Shown here: piece by piece, positions 1-11,400 of the stretch | Layout of the letters: each line of letters begins with the position of its first letter | How positions within the stretch are numbered: the first letter of the stretch is position 1 | Source of the DNA: Callorhinchus milii | Lineage: Eukaryota | Direction: 5' to 3' | DNA: 43,337 bases | NCBI RefSeq assembly: GCF_018977255.1 | Contig: NW_024704821.1 | Span: 186,001 to 229,337, forward strand | Translations under genes and position numbers: made by a program | Notes under the pieces: generated by a model | Databases searched by the model: none | What the model was told of the DNA's origin: nothing | The model's input: only the letters and a program-made list of their open reading frames with translations

Positions 1-859
1 TAGGAAGGAAACCTGTTTGTTAGTTGATTTGCGGATACCGTTCCAGTTGAAATTGTCCCTGAAAAAAAATTGTCACTCAATCTACGACTGTTTGAGGGTC
101 TCTGCTGTGTCCAATTCGTACTCGAGTTTCGCCCATGAAATACGCAGTCACTAACATTGCAGTATTATCTGTCAAGCGATTTGTGGTGTCTCGTTGATTT
201 GATAGGCGCTGTATCAAATGGCAAGAATTATTATCAGATAGATAGTCAAAAAGAAGGTTGGACGAGGTATTCAATGGAGGCCGCTGAGTGTGTGCAGACG
301 GCTCGTGAATGGCCTCATGTGTGTTGGTTTCACATCCCCGGGGGCACTTTGTCAATTTGGTAACGAGCCATTGAGAGGATTCAAAACGAAAAGGGAGGAT
401 CCACGTGAACTCAACAGTTTCCCAGATGTCTCTGCCCCAGTTAATTGAAAGTTTCCTTCCCGCCCCTTTCCGGTCTCTGTTTCCGGGTTCGAGCCGTTTG
501 GGTAAAACACAGGTTGGTTTGTCTGTTCAAAGCGTTTTCTGGCCTAATTTACAGCTTCATGTCATTGCACTGTTCTGTGTAGTTCGCAGAATCAGACTTC
601 ATAATTTACCATTTATTTTCGTTAACTGGGAATCTGTCACATGTGGAAACCTATCATCTTGATTATGGTTATTCAATTCCAGATCAAGCGGAGAAATATC
701 GGGTTAATCGTTCCATTTGATACAACATCTTATCGCATCTTTTAGACGGCCGAAAGTGCCTCGAAGAATATAATGTAAAATAATATAAGGACAAGTTGAG
801 AGTGGGAGACAGGATTTGTCCTTAAATTGTCCTAAGAAACATCTCTCCCATCCAACAGA

Positions 860-1000
860 CCCCAGTTCTGACGAAGAGTCGGTGACCGGAAGCGTTGACT
901 CACTTTACTTTCTCAATAGATGCTGTCTAACCTGTTGAGTATCTCCAGCTCTCTCTGTTTTTGTTTCAGATTCCAGCATCTGCAGTATTTTGTGTTTCGA
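860..1000 (+). repeat. Shark-type interspersed repeat end (ctgacgaagagtc...gatgctgtctaacctgttgagtatctccagc...cagattccagcatctgcag), possibly Penelope-like
   Basis: Recalled similarity to a common chondrichthyan repeat terminus; not verified by search. Confidence 0.45.
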
Positions 1001-1402
1001 TAATGTAAAGTAAATTGACAGTCTGATTTGCGGATAAATTACGCAGCCAATTGTGCACAGCAATGCCCCAAATATCTAGTTGTGAAACATGTTTTAATGA
1101 TTGTTATTAAATATATTTTTNGGGTATTGCCAAAATTTCATACTTATAGTTCGATAAACAGGGGCGAGAGTGTAAATAAAGGAAGCTTGGGTCGGGTGTA
1201 GCGCTCTCATTATCGTTAATGAAACCCAGGTCCTCTCGTTTGCAAGGCGAGTGTTATAACCACAATATTACAGGACACCAAAGCCCTGCATACGTGACAC
1301 GAACAGGCCGTCATCAACAAGGAAATTGAGGTAAACTTAGTGCGGTGAGTGCTGAGCAGTTATTGTGATGAACAAGAGGGGAATTGCTGACTGATCACTG
1401 GG

Positions 1403-1441
1403 GGTTTATGTACGGCCTCTCTATGTGAATGTGTCACTGTG
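1403..1441 (-). other. 23-RSS of V-A1
   Basis: CACAGTG (1441-1435), 23 nt, ACATAAACC (1411-1403). Confidence 0.95.
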
Positions 1442-1890
1442 TCCCCACTGCACACAAGTAAGTGGCGGCGTCTGTCAACTCTGTGCCTGTGATGCTCAGA
1501 TTACTGCCCTTCTCTTTATAGTTCATTGTTGCTGTGATCCTCTCCTTCTGCTGCTCTCCTGTCTTTCCTGTTACCAAGTGCTTCAGAGCCTGGTTCGGAT
1601 ACTGTCTGTACCACTGTAAAGCTTGAGTTGTTCCTTTTGCGGAACAATTGATAAGCACGTTTTCCTTCTCCCCAACAGTCACAGAGAGTGGCGTCTGGTA
1701 GACTTCCTCTTGACCACTGACTCCTGGTAAACGAACGAAAATCAGTTAATGAAACTTACTCGTTAATTATGGTCGAATTAAATACAATTTCTCGGAAAGC
1801 GCAAGTGGGGTTCATCTGTGAAACATACTCACCCCATAGGAACACGGCAGCTTTCAGGAGGATGAAGAGTAAAGTGTATTCGCGCTTCAT
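1442..1890 (-). CDS. TCR V segment, family A copy 1, apparently functional (leader 1890-1833, V exon 1723-1442)
   Basis: Leader MKREYTLLFILLKAAVFLW-G/GTGAG; 109-bp GT-AG phase-1 intron; open V exon GVSGQEEVYQTP...INC...WYRQ...DAATYLCAVG. Confidence 0.92.
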
Positions 1891-2839
1891 AGCCAATCTT
1901 TCAGCGCTTTAATGAAGAAACTATAATTGCCTTTAAAACCGTAGGCAGTTTTCCTTATTCCACGCGTCTGTTTAACGAAGAGTAAACAGGAACCCGACTG
2001 CGAGTCGATCGGTGGATCGCTTTACAGAACGAATAATCCCTCAAAAAGATAGTCAGTCAATCCACGACCCTTCGAGATACTCCGCGGTGCACGGTTCGTT
2101 CTCGAGTTTCGCCCAATCTTTAAGCGGTCACTGGATTTGAGAATGTATTGTATGAATCGCTTTGAGAAGCCTCAGTGACGAGATAAGGCACTGTCTCGAA
2201 CGTGAAAGACTGTTAAGGTAGAGACAGTCAGAAGAATGTAGGAAGAGGTATTCCGTGGAAGGCCCGGAATGTGTGCGGACAACTGGACAACGGCCTAATG
2301 TGTGTTGGCTTCACATCCCCGGGGGCACAGTGTCAATTTGGTAACGAGGTGAAACGAGCCATTGAGAGGGTTCAAAGCGAATGGGGATCAGTTCCTCAGA
2401 TGACTCTGCCCCGGTTAGTTGAAAGTTCACTTCCCGCCCCTTTCCGCTCTTGGTTTCTGGTTTAGAGCCGTTTGGGTACACCACACTCGTTTTCTCGCAT
2501 AATTTATGACTGCAAGTGATTGTAATGTACAATTGATTCTGATGAATAACGCTTCATATTTTCACGTTTATTTTCTCTAAAATATGTGTCTGACATATTT
2601 GGAAGCCAACCACCATGCTGATGATTATCCAAACCAAACTGAGAGATATCATAATAATACTTGCATTTGAGACGTCTCAAAGCGCTTGAGAGGCAATAAT
2701 TTCAATTGTAGTGACTGTTTGTTTGGAGGGATAAAACAGTAACCAAATTGCTCTAACGTTCTGTCCTACCGAGAATCGAACCCAGGCCCTGTCGTCTGTG
2801 AGACGAGTGCTTTAACCATTGAGCTACAATATCCCCAAT

Positions 2840-2878
2840 ATGTTTTGTACAGATTTCTCTTACACAGGCAACACTGTG
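2840..2878 (-). other. 23-RSS of V-B pseudogene
   Basis: CACAGTG (2878-2872), 23 nt, ACAAAACAT (2848-2840). Confidence 0.9.
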
Positions 2879-3691
2879 CTCACCGCACAGAAGTAAGTGG
2901 CGGTGTCCGACACCCGCACGCCTTGGATTGATAGACTGATTCTTTTTATCTTTTACAACCGTCGAAGCCCTTATGCTGTCCTTCACGTTAACCTCACTTG
3001 TTCGCAAAGGCAAAAATAGGATAGAGCCGTTTCCATACTGTTTGTACCATTGAAAGAAAGAGTTGGACACAGTGGTGGTGCACTCCACAAATACATTTGC
3101 TTTTGCATTCTCTGACTAGGCCCGAGTTCTCTGTGACACCTCGTTTTCAGCCAAAACACCTGAAAAGATCATAAATAAATGAAGATGAATCACAAAGTGA
3201 GCGAGAGAAAGCCTGGGAGAGACAGACAGACGGAGAAATTGGGCAAAAATATAACATAAAGTGTAGTGACTTTGTGTTTTGTGGGAAAGACTGAGAGATT
3301 GACTAAGAGAGAGACAGAGGGAGAAAATATAGTAGAACATGTATGGACCTTGTTTAGTGGGAGAGACTCAGAGAGAGAGAGAGATAGGTAGAGAGCGAGG
3401 GAGAAAGGGGGAGAGAGGCGACGAGGGGGAGAGAGAGAGAGAGTAGGAGAGGGAGGGAGAGAGACGAAGATAGATGGAGATAGAGATGGAGGCGAGAGGG
3501 AGAGAGACATCGATACAGAGAGAGACTCAGGGAGACTCAGAGAGAAAGACTGCGAGAGAAACGAAGAGACTGAGATAGACTGAGAGACACTGAGAGAAAG
3601 ACAGAGAAGGTGAGAGACTCATACCACACTTGCATGAGAGGGAAAACATTATATTCAAAATAACATACGTTGCATTGAAATTCCGCTTCAC
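2879..3691 (-). pseudogene. TCR V pseudogene, family B (leader 3691-3625, V exon 3159-2879)
   Basis: Homologous to B1/B2. Start codon is GTG, in-frame TAG in FR1 (GCC TAG TCA), 2-nt deletion in FR3 before SLSIQGVRVSDTATYFCAV. Confidence 0.9.
3200..3620. repeat. GA-rich simple repeat expanding the leader intron of the B pseudogene
   Basis: (GA)n/(GAGAC)-like low complexity. Confidence 0.85.
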
Positions 3692-3985
3692 CCTCCACTC
3701 TCAAATCAAAATCTCTGTTTGAAATGCAACCAGAAATCAGCAAAAGGGCTGCAAAAGTTTACGAAATTTGTCGAACGCCGTAAACGTTGTAGGTTATAAT
3801 TACATTCTCGGTGACGGCTTCACTAACTGCTCACTCCCTGTATATTTGTTTGTGCTAAATTCACTCGCCAATCGATATATTGACCGATATGTCAACATAG
3901 GCGTTTGTTTCGATGAAGAAAACTGTCCCAACATTGCTCCCTGTTCGAGAAGTGAACACTCGCCCTCTCCCTTATGATGAATTAG

Positions 3986-4110
3986 TCTCTCTCTCTCTCT
4001 CTCTCTCTAACTCTGTCTCTGTCTCTCTCTCTCTCTCTCTCACCCACACACACTGAGTCTGTCTCTCTCAATCTCCGTCTATCACTCTCTCTAAGTCTCC
4101 CTCACTGACT
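3986..4110. repeat. (CT)n microsatellite
   Basis: Direct reading. Confidence 0.9.
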
Positions 4111-5439
4111 CTGTCCACAAACGATAATCTAGAGCACTTTCTCCACGTTTTATTCGGTGCCGCGTTTCGCCCAAAAAATACACAGTCAATTCATTTTACA
4201 GGACATGGTGTGAAGCGTTTGAGATGTTTTCAACAACAACAACAACAAAATTACAGTTACAGAGCCTTTTCATGTCGGGAGAACGTCCCAAAGCGCAGAT
4301 TTTCAAATACATGAGAAGTCCGCGTATCAAATCCAAGGAATATTTTTAGTGATGAAATTGGAAGTAGAATTTGCATGATTTAATTCTCACCCACTGACAA
4401 TGATAATAATATAATAATATAAGAGTATTATTATTATATTATTATTTTTCCTGCCTCAGAGACCTCCTGACTCTCTACCAACCTACTCTCTCCCTCTGTT
4501 TGGGGATCTCCTTCTGCTTCACACTCCCTGCCTCGCCTACCCCACCATTGACGGGTGAACCTTCAGCCACTCCATCGCAAAACTCTCCGTGCAGTCCCAC
4601 CGACTGGCCCCCTCACTTGACCCATCTAAAGACCGTCTATTCCCACCTTGTTGTCAGTTACCCTACTTCCCAACAAATGCATCCCCCGCACCCACATCAC
4701 CCCCTCTCCCCAATAAGTTCTTTTCACATCCTCACAAGGAGGACCAGTGACGTTGCAATTGATGTGGCACAGCGCAATATCAACTCCTGGTGGCAATAAA
4801 TTGGCACTGCAATTTTCATGTTTAATATGAACGCAGTGTAAACCACAGGAAATTATTTTATTCCTCAAATACACAACAGCCACCAGGAGAGAGGCAGACG
4901 AACTGGTTTGGTTTCTCTGTCTGACCACTCTCTAGCATTGGGTGATGATAACCAGAACGAGTGAAAGAGTCGTGCAATTAATGACATCGGATTTAGCGGG
5001 GAATTGCTTATTTACATAAACATATTAAAAGCGAATGAGAATGCATTTTTCAAATGTAAAACAACACCGAGAAATAGCTCAGAGTCGCGGTCTTACGGGA
5101 AGGATCCAAAACGAACGAAATTGTTCGTACTTTTGTTGAAAAAGTAATAACTTATTAATTGAATTTTATTGGAGCTGTAATACCGTGGCCAGTTTCTGGG
5201 TTGTGGTATTGTACTGTAATAGTGGAAGGAATTAACTGCTTCTATTGCCGGATTTTTAGGCATTCCAATCTGGCAAATCTTGGGTTTTTTTGAAATCCCC
5301 CCTCCCCATTCAGTGTTTTATTATTGACAGCTGTAAGTGACCAGGAAACTGGAAAAAGTGGCCCTGCAGGGGTTCAACTGGGAAGTTTTTCCGACGCGGA
5401 GGGTGCTACACATTTGTAACTTGTTGCTGCATATTGTTG

Positions 5440-6170
5440 TTGCCACTCCCCATTCACACACAAACCCACACCCAGCCCTTCCCATCCTCATCCTAACCCA
5501 GCCCCTCCAAATTCTCACTCATATCTAACCCCTATCCCTCGTCACTCAAATCCGGCCCCTCCCCATCCACAGCAGCAAAGAGCCCCTTCCCATCTTCACA
5601 CTGACCTGGACACTCCCAATCCTCGCACGATCGCCTCACCACCCCATCGATCCTCAAAAAAATACCCTCCCTACCTAGAACCACTCTCAACACCTCCCAT
5701 TCAGCAACTGCTCCCAGTCCCTCCTCATCCTCACAACAACAACAATAACAACAAGATTACATTTATTGAGCGCCTTTCACGTCGGGAGGACGTCACACAC
5801 TGCTAGCACCTCGCCTTACTGACATACATCCAGCCCTTCCCCATCCTCACACACACCCAGCACCTCCCCATCCTCACACACTCCTGGCACCTCCACATTC
5901 TTACACACACCTTGCCCTCCCCCATCCTCACACACAGCCAGTCACTCCCCAACGCACACACACAGACACAGCACCTCACCAAAACTCAAACACTGCCATT
6001 ACCCATCCTCACCAGACACACAGCCCATTCCCTTTCACAACCGCTCCCAGCCCCTCCCCATCCACTCACACATACCCAGCCCCTCCCAGTCCAAGCATAC
6101 AACCAGCCCGTCCCCAATGTCACACATACACAGCCACTCCCCATCCTCACCCACACCAAGCTCCTCCTTG
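5440..6170. repeat. Degenerate C/A-rich tandem repeat (ccccatcctcacacac...cagccc units)
   Basis: Recurrent cccatcctcac motif. Explains the spurious Pro/His/Thr-rich ORFs. Confidence 0.7.
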
Positions 6171-6175
6171 TTATA

Positions 6176-6542
6176 GTGACCAGCTGAGCACGGACACCAT
6201 AATCACTAGATCAGCACTAAAACCATGTTGATGATCTCGGCACAAACACTGTGGTGACCAGCTAGGCAATAACAACATGGTGACCAGCTCAGCACTGTCA
6301 CTATGTTGACCAGCTCAGCATTAACACCCTGGTGACCAGCTCAACACTAACACCATGGTGATCAACTCAGTACTAGCACCATGGCGACCCGCTCACTATG
6401 AACACCATGGTGACCAGCTCACCAGTAACACCATGGTGACCAGCTCAGCACTAACACCATGGTGACCAGCTCAGCACTCACGCCATGGTGACCAGCTCAG
6501 CACTGGCCGCATGTTGACCAGCTCACCACTAACACCATGGTT
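6176..6542. repeat. 26-bp minisatellite, about 14 copies, consensus ctaacaccatggtgaccagctcagca
   Basis: ccatgg recurs at 6431 and 6457 (period 26); units degrade toward the left. Confidence 0.92.
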
Positions 6543-6544
6543 AC

Positions 6545-6941
6545 TGTGGGAATGTAAGAAGACTAATATACGTAAAATACAGAGTGTCTAGACTATGATA
6601 ATGCTAAAGTTGTTTTTTACGCAACAACGTAGATAAATTGGAGCAGAACCAGTGTCCTTGTCCTGTCCTTTCTGTAAATGTATAACCGAACTTGTGTTGA
6701 CTGAACATTGCTTGTCAATCAACAGCAAGAATTATTTTGAGACATGAGGTGTTCGCAAATAATCATAATTATATACTGATGGGACTGCCCCATTGGTAGA
6801 GGGAGTGTACCGCCTGTTCTGAGACACGTGCTATTCTATTGCCACACGCTTTCCCTTTCCTTGCTAGAGTATTAAATAAACTATATTTCTGAGCTAACTC
6901 TGTTTGTGAGTGTCCGTTTAATCCTATCTATAGCGACTACA
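6545..6941 (+). mobile_element. Possible solo LTR
   Basis: Begins TGT and ends ACA (~397 bp), TATA-like tatatact near 6770, AATAAA near 6875 followed by a GT-rich segment. No target-site duplication found. Confidence 0.4.
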
Positions 6942-6950
6942 GCTGGACTA

Positions 6951-7261
6951 AATAATCCTTGCATTTGATATAGCGCTTTTCACGTCGGGAGGACATCCCA
7001 AAGCGCTTGACAGAACACACTGTAAAGTGAATTGACTATATATTTGTGGGCGAACACGGCAGCCAAGTGCGCACAGCAGTGTCCCACAAACAGTCGTAGA
7101 TTCAAAATGACCAATTTATTATTGTTTTTGGTTTTGGAGGGATTCTTATTAGGCTCTGTGTGGAGTAAGGAAACTTGCCCAAGGTTTCGCCCTCTGCCTG
7201 GAATTGAACTCAGGTCTCTCGCTAGCAAAGCGAGTGCTCTAACCACTGAGCTGCAGGACTC
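6951..7261 (-). mobile_element. tRNA-derived SINE, near full length
   Basis: A box and B box head, tgtgggacactgctgtgcgcacttggctgcc core, tail ...cgacgtgaaaagcgctatatcaaatgcaaggattatt. Confidence 0.9.
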
Positions 7262-8118
7262 CACAGGTTCGACAGGGAGGAGCTTCAGTCTGTCTGCAAC
7301 CTTGATTCGGGAGTGTCGAAGGGCACTGAACTGGAGTTTTACTGTGTTTCTTTCCGTGAACTGTGCGTTTTGGTGGTCAGTTTGATGGGAATATTTAATC
7401 TGTTTTGTAAGATATTCAAACTACCGAAGAGTAATGACAAGTGAGCAATCAATCGTTTAATTCGACATCACATCAATTAACACGTAAAAAATATAATTCT
7501 TGCAGTTTAAGCAAGTTACAACGATAGGTTACAGGAAAAACGATGAGCCGTTCCTACTCGAGAGCAAATGTGTAATTCGTCTGATCACGTCTCTTGCTTT
7601 TGTTGGCTCTGATCTGCACGTGAAAACTACGCAGCTTAAAATGCAATTGTAGTTTAAACTAAGCAAGGCCTGAGGATGCACTTGCTCTTTTATACCTGCT
7701 CTTAAGATGTCCATCTGTTACTTATGTATCGTGCCATTAGATAGTCCGTTGCTTTGCAATAGCTGTTTTCCTTAACATACCCGACCCTTTGCTCCCTTGT
7801 CTCTCCCGACCTCTCTTACCTCAACCAATCTTTTTTTCCTGATTGATTTCCATTCAACAGCACTTTACTTTTGGGTATTCATTGTGTCCCGTTTTGCTTT
7901 GTGTTCTATCCTTGACGATAACTTGCGCGTATACCATTGCTGTTTGGTTCATGTCGACTGTGAAATAGGGTTTCTGGCATATCCTGTAATCTCCAAAGCT
8001 AACCTGGGAAATCGGTCGCAGAGTGCAGCATTTCTCGATTTCTATTGAAATAAACATTGTATTAGAGTCGCCGGCAACATTTGTTAATTATATAATTTAA
8101 CAAATAGATTTATTTGTG

Positions 8119-8450
8119 GAGTCCTGTAGCTCAGTGGTTAGAGCACACGCTTTGCAAGTGAGAGACCTGAGTTCATTTCCAGGCAGGTCAGGGCGAAACC
8201 TTGGGCAAGTTTCCTTACTCCACACGCCTAATAATAATCCCTCCAAAAAAAAAAAAACAATAATTAAATTGGTCATTTTCAATCTACGACTGTTTGTGGG
8301 ACATTGCTGTGCGCAATTGGCTGACGCGTTCGCCCACAAATATACAGTCAATTCACTTTACAGTGTGTTCTGTGAAGCGCTTTGGGACGTCCTCCCGACG
8401 TGAAAAGCGCTATATCAAATGCAAGGATTATTATTATTATTATTATATTA
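8119..8450 (+). mobile_element. tRNA-derived SINE, full length, (TTA)n tail abutting the GPCR stop
   Basis: gagtcctgtagctcagtgg head with TGC anticodon-like loop; same body and tail as the other copies. Confidence 0.92.
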
Positions 8451-11400
8451 TATTATTGGAAACTTCACCAATTTTTTCAGTTCCTCCCTAAATTTCGTCT
8501 GGGAAACCGCGTAAATACACGTGTTTGTACAGGACCTCAAAAGCTGCAGCATGTAACCAGTTTGCCAGATAATATAAAAAGGATCCAAAGGGCCTTTGTG
8601 GAAATAACTTTTTGAAAACCTCCAATATATGTAAAATAAAACATACGTCATCCATAATAATATAAAACTGTTTGAAACCGCGAAGAGCAAAACAATGGAT
8701 TTCCTTCTGTTCCTCATCTCCGGATCAATGTCACTCGCTCTTCTATTCCTATCCCCATTACTCCTTCCCCGCAATCTTTTGCGGGCTCGACCGGCCATCA
8801 GTATGTGTCTGACCGTCAGTGCATTGAGCAGCAAAATAATGAGGAATGGGAGAATTGGTGTTAAAATAAAATTAAGCGTGTCAAACGCTTTCCATGCGAG
8901 TGAAGCGAAATAACTCGTTTTAGGATCCCAACCCCACGGTATATCATTAACTATGTACCGTGGTTTAAATATAAAACCCCAGGGAACGTTTATCAGGACG
9001 CAAAGCACACTCAATATTGCTATCACTGCACCAGAAGTTTTTCCTGAGCAATATTTTGTTTTCAGATTTTGGCAACAAATAGCCACATGTCGATCAAAGG
9101 TGAAAGCCACAGTTAACCAGACAGAGATTGACGTTGTAGAAGCAGCCAGTATCATAAGGAGCGCACAAATAGGTGTGATGGACACGAATGAATATGGGAA
9201 ATGAGGAAGAATTATTCGATAGAAAACCACTGATGTGATAATCACGAACAGATCTGCTGTGGACATGGCCACCAGATAGCGAGAGATACATTTGGAGAGT
9301 CCACACCGCCCTCCAGACAGGATTACAATCGATACCAGATTTGCTAGAGAGAGAGAGAGAGACAGAGAAATGCCCATCACAACAATACAACCACTTGCAT
9401 TTACTTAACAAGTCGCTTCAATCAATAAAGTATCAAGAAATCGAAAGCAGTGACTCTCTGAATGAAGAACAGTCGACTTTCTCTTCCACCTCAAAAGCTA
9501 ACCTTATGGATTCGATGTGTGATCGCACAAAACCTGACTCGCAAATGCGTGACATGCAAAGGTACCAAAACAGGGAAAGAGAGAGACAGATATCGATACA
9601 CGCAGACAGAAAAATACAGAGACAAACAGACAGAGAGAGATAGATACAACAATCACTTGGATTTATATAGAGCCCTTCAAGCGACGTGGAGCACTTGATA
9701 CGAACTCGTACAGAGATAACGCGCAAGTTAGAGACAGACAATGGTAGAAGCTGTTAGAACAGAAGCAAAGAGAGATATCTTGTCAGGGATTCTATCATTA
9801 TTTTAAAATTTGTATGATTTTTACATTGCCCGTTTAGAGTCTGTATCGTAACTGAAATGGAGTGAAACTGCATTAAAATGATACAGTTTTAATGCAGGGT
9901 TTCTATACTCCTACGGGTTGTGTTTCTCGATCGGAAACACATAAATGTTGCTTGTGCCCTCGAACGCTGTTTCGCTGTGTGTTTGTGGTCTGTCCCGGAC
10001 GTAAAAACAGAATACCAACTTCAGCAGAAATTGTCAATCATTTTTAAAAGGATAACAGAAGAGCGATTCCCTGACACAGACAGACACAGAGAGACGCAAA
10101 AACAATGCGCAAAAAGGAATCATCGCAATCAGAAAGAATGAGAGAGAGAGACCAGTGGAGAGAGAAACACACTCATGGACAGCGTGAGAGAGAGATTCAA
10201 AGAGAGAGAGAGAGAGAAACACAAACGCACGCAGCGATAAACACCCAGACACAGAGAGAGATACACACCCAGGTAGAGAAACAGAGACACAGACAGAAAA
10301 ATATACGCACAGAGACAGAGAGAGGCACAGCAGACAGCACGAGAGAAATACACACGAAGTCATACATAATTACTGAGCAATGCAGTGACAGAGAAATCAG
10401 AGAATCACAGCGATAGCGACAAGCACGGACTGACAGAGTGTTAAACAGATATACAGAGATGGATTCAGATACAGAGATATCAACTGACAGGGCGAGATAC
10501 ATAGAAAATATCACACAAACAGACAGAGAGATGGAGAGATCCTCATAGACAGACCTACATAGGTAGAGAGAGACACACATATTTATATAGTGTGGGATAC
10601 AAAACTACATGCAGTCAAGGAAAGGTACAGACATACACACAGACAGAGAGAGAGATAGAGAGAGTGAGAGAGAAAGGGACAGAGAAAGAGAGAGTAAAAG
10701 ACAGGGAGACACACAGAGAGACAAATTTCTCATCGCTGTAGGTATTATTGTTTGACAATTTGGATTATTTTTTACTGCCTATCTAAAGGTTGAATTGTGT
10801 ATCAAATAAAGGTACACAATTCTAAACATATGATTTCTATATAATTCTTACAGGTTATGTTTCTTAAAGACAATCATAAACTGTTGCTTATGTGGCAGTC
10901 ATCCGGCCCTCATTAATAATAAAATTATTAATAATAATTAATAGAAATGCTTGCGTTCGATGCAACGCTTTAACGTTTCGTTGTGAGGTCTAAAATAGGT
11001 TCACAAAATAACCTGAAAGTGAATTAACTGTATATTTTGTGGGCGAAATGCGGCAGCCAAACGCACAGAGTTTTACAATTTAAAATTGTGGGTAAATTGC
11101 CAGGAAACAACACAGGCCAAAAGCATCGACTATCACGGTTCGGACCCTCAGCTCAATGTTGTGTTGTGGTCTTCAATCCGCAAACTTATAACTGAGAGGT
11201 AAGAACACTAATAAATGAGTCAAACGTATGGATAATCATTGGCTAAACCCACAGTTTAAAATAATAAAACCAGTTGCGATTTTTCCCTCTGTGTAATATA
11301 TAATCATGATAGTAATTTTACTTGCATTTGATATGACACTTTTCACTTGTTATAGACATATCAAAATGCTTCACTTGATATATCCATTTACCGAGCAGTA

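Noticed and set aside
6176-6542. CRISPR-like array
   Set aside because: Eukaryotic context and no unique spacers; it is a head-to-tail minisatellite.
8119-8200. tRNA-Ala(TGC) genes
   Set aside because: The tRNA-like heads run straight into a SINE body and tail and recur many times; they lack a complete acceptor stem.
9344-9380. ORF-track start MMGISLSLSLSL as the GPCR N-terminus
   Set aside because: It is the (TC)n polypyrimidine tract and acceptor; a family-typical exon 1 exists at 12349-12280.
10034-10580. Long R/E/T-rich and L/S/C/V-rich ORFs
   Set aside because: Products of GA/CA low-complexity intron sequence.
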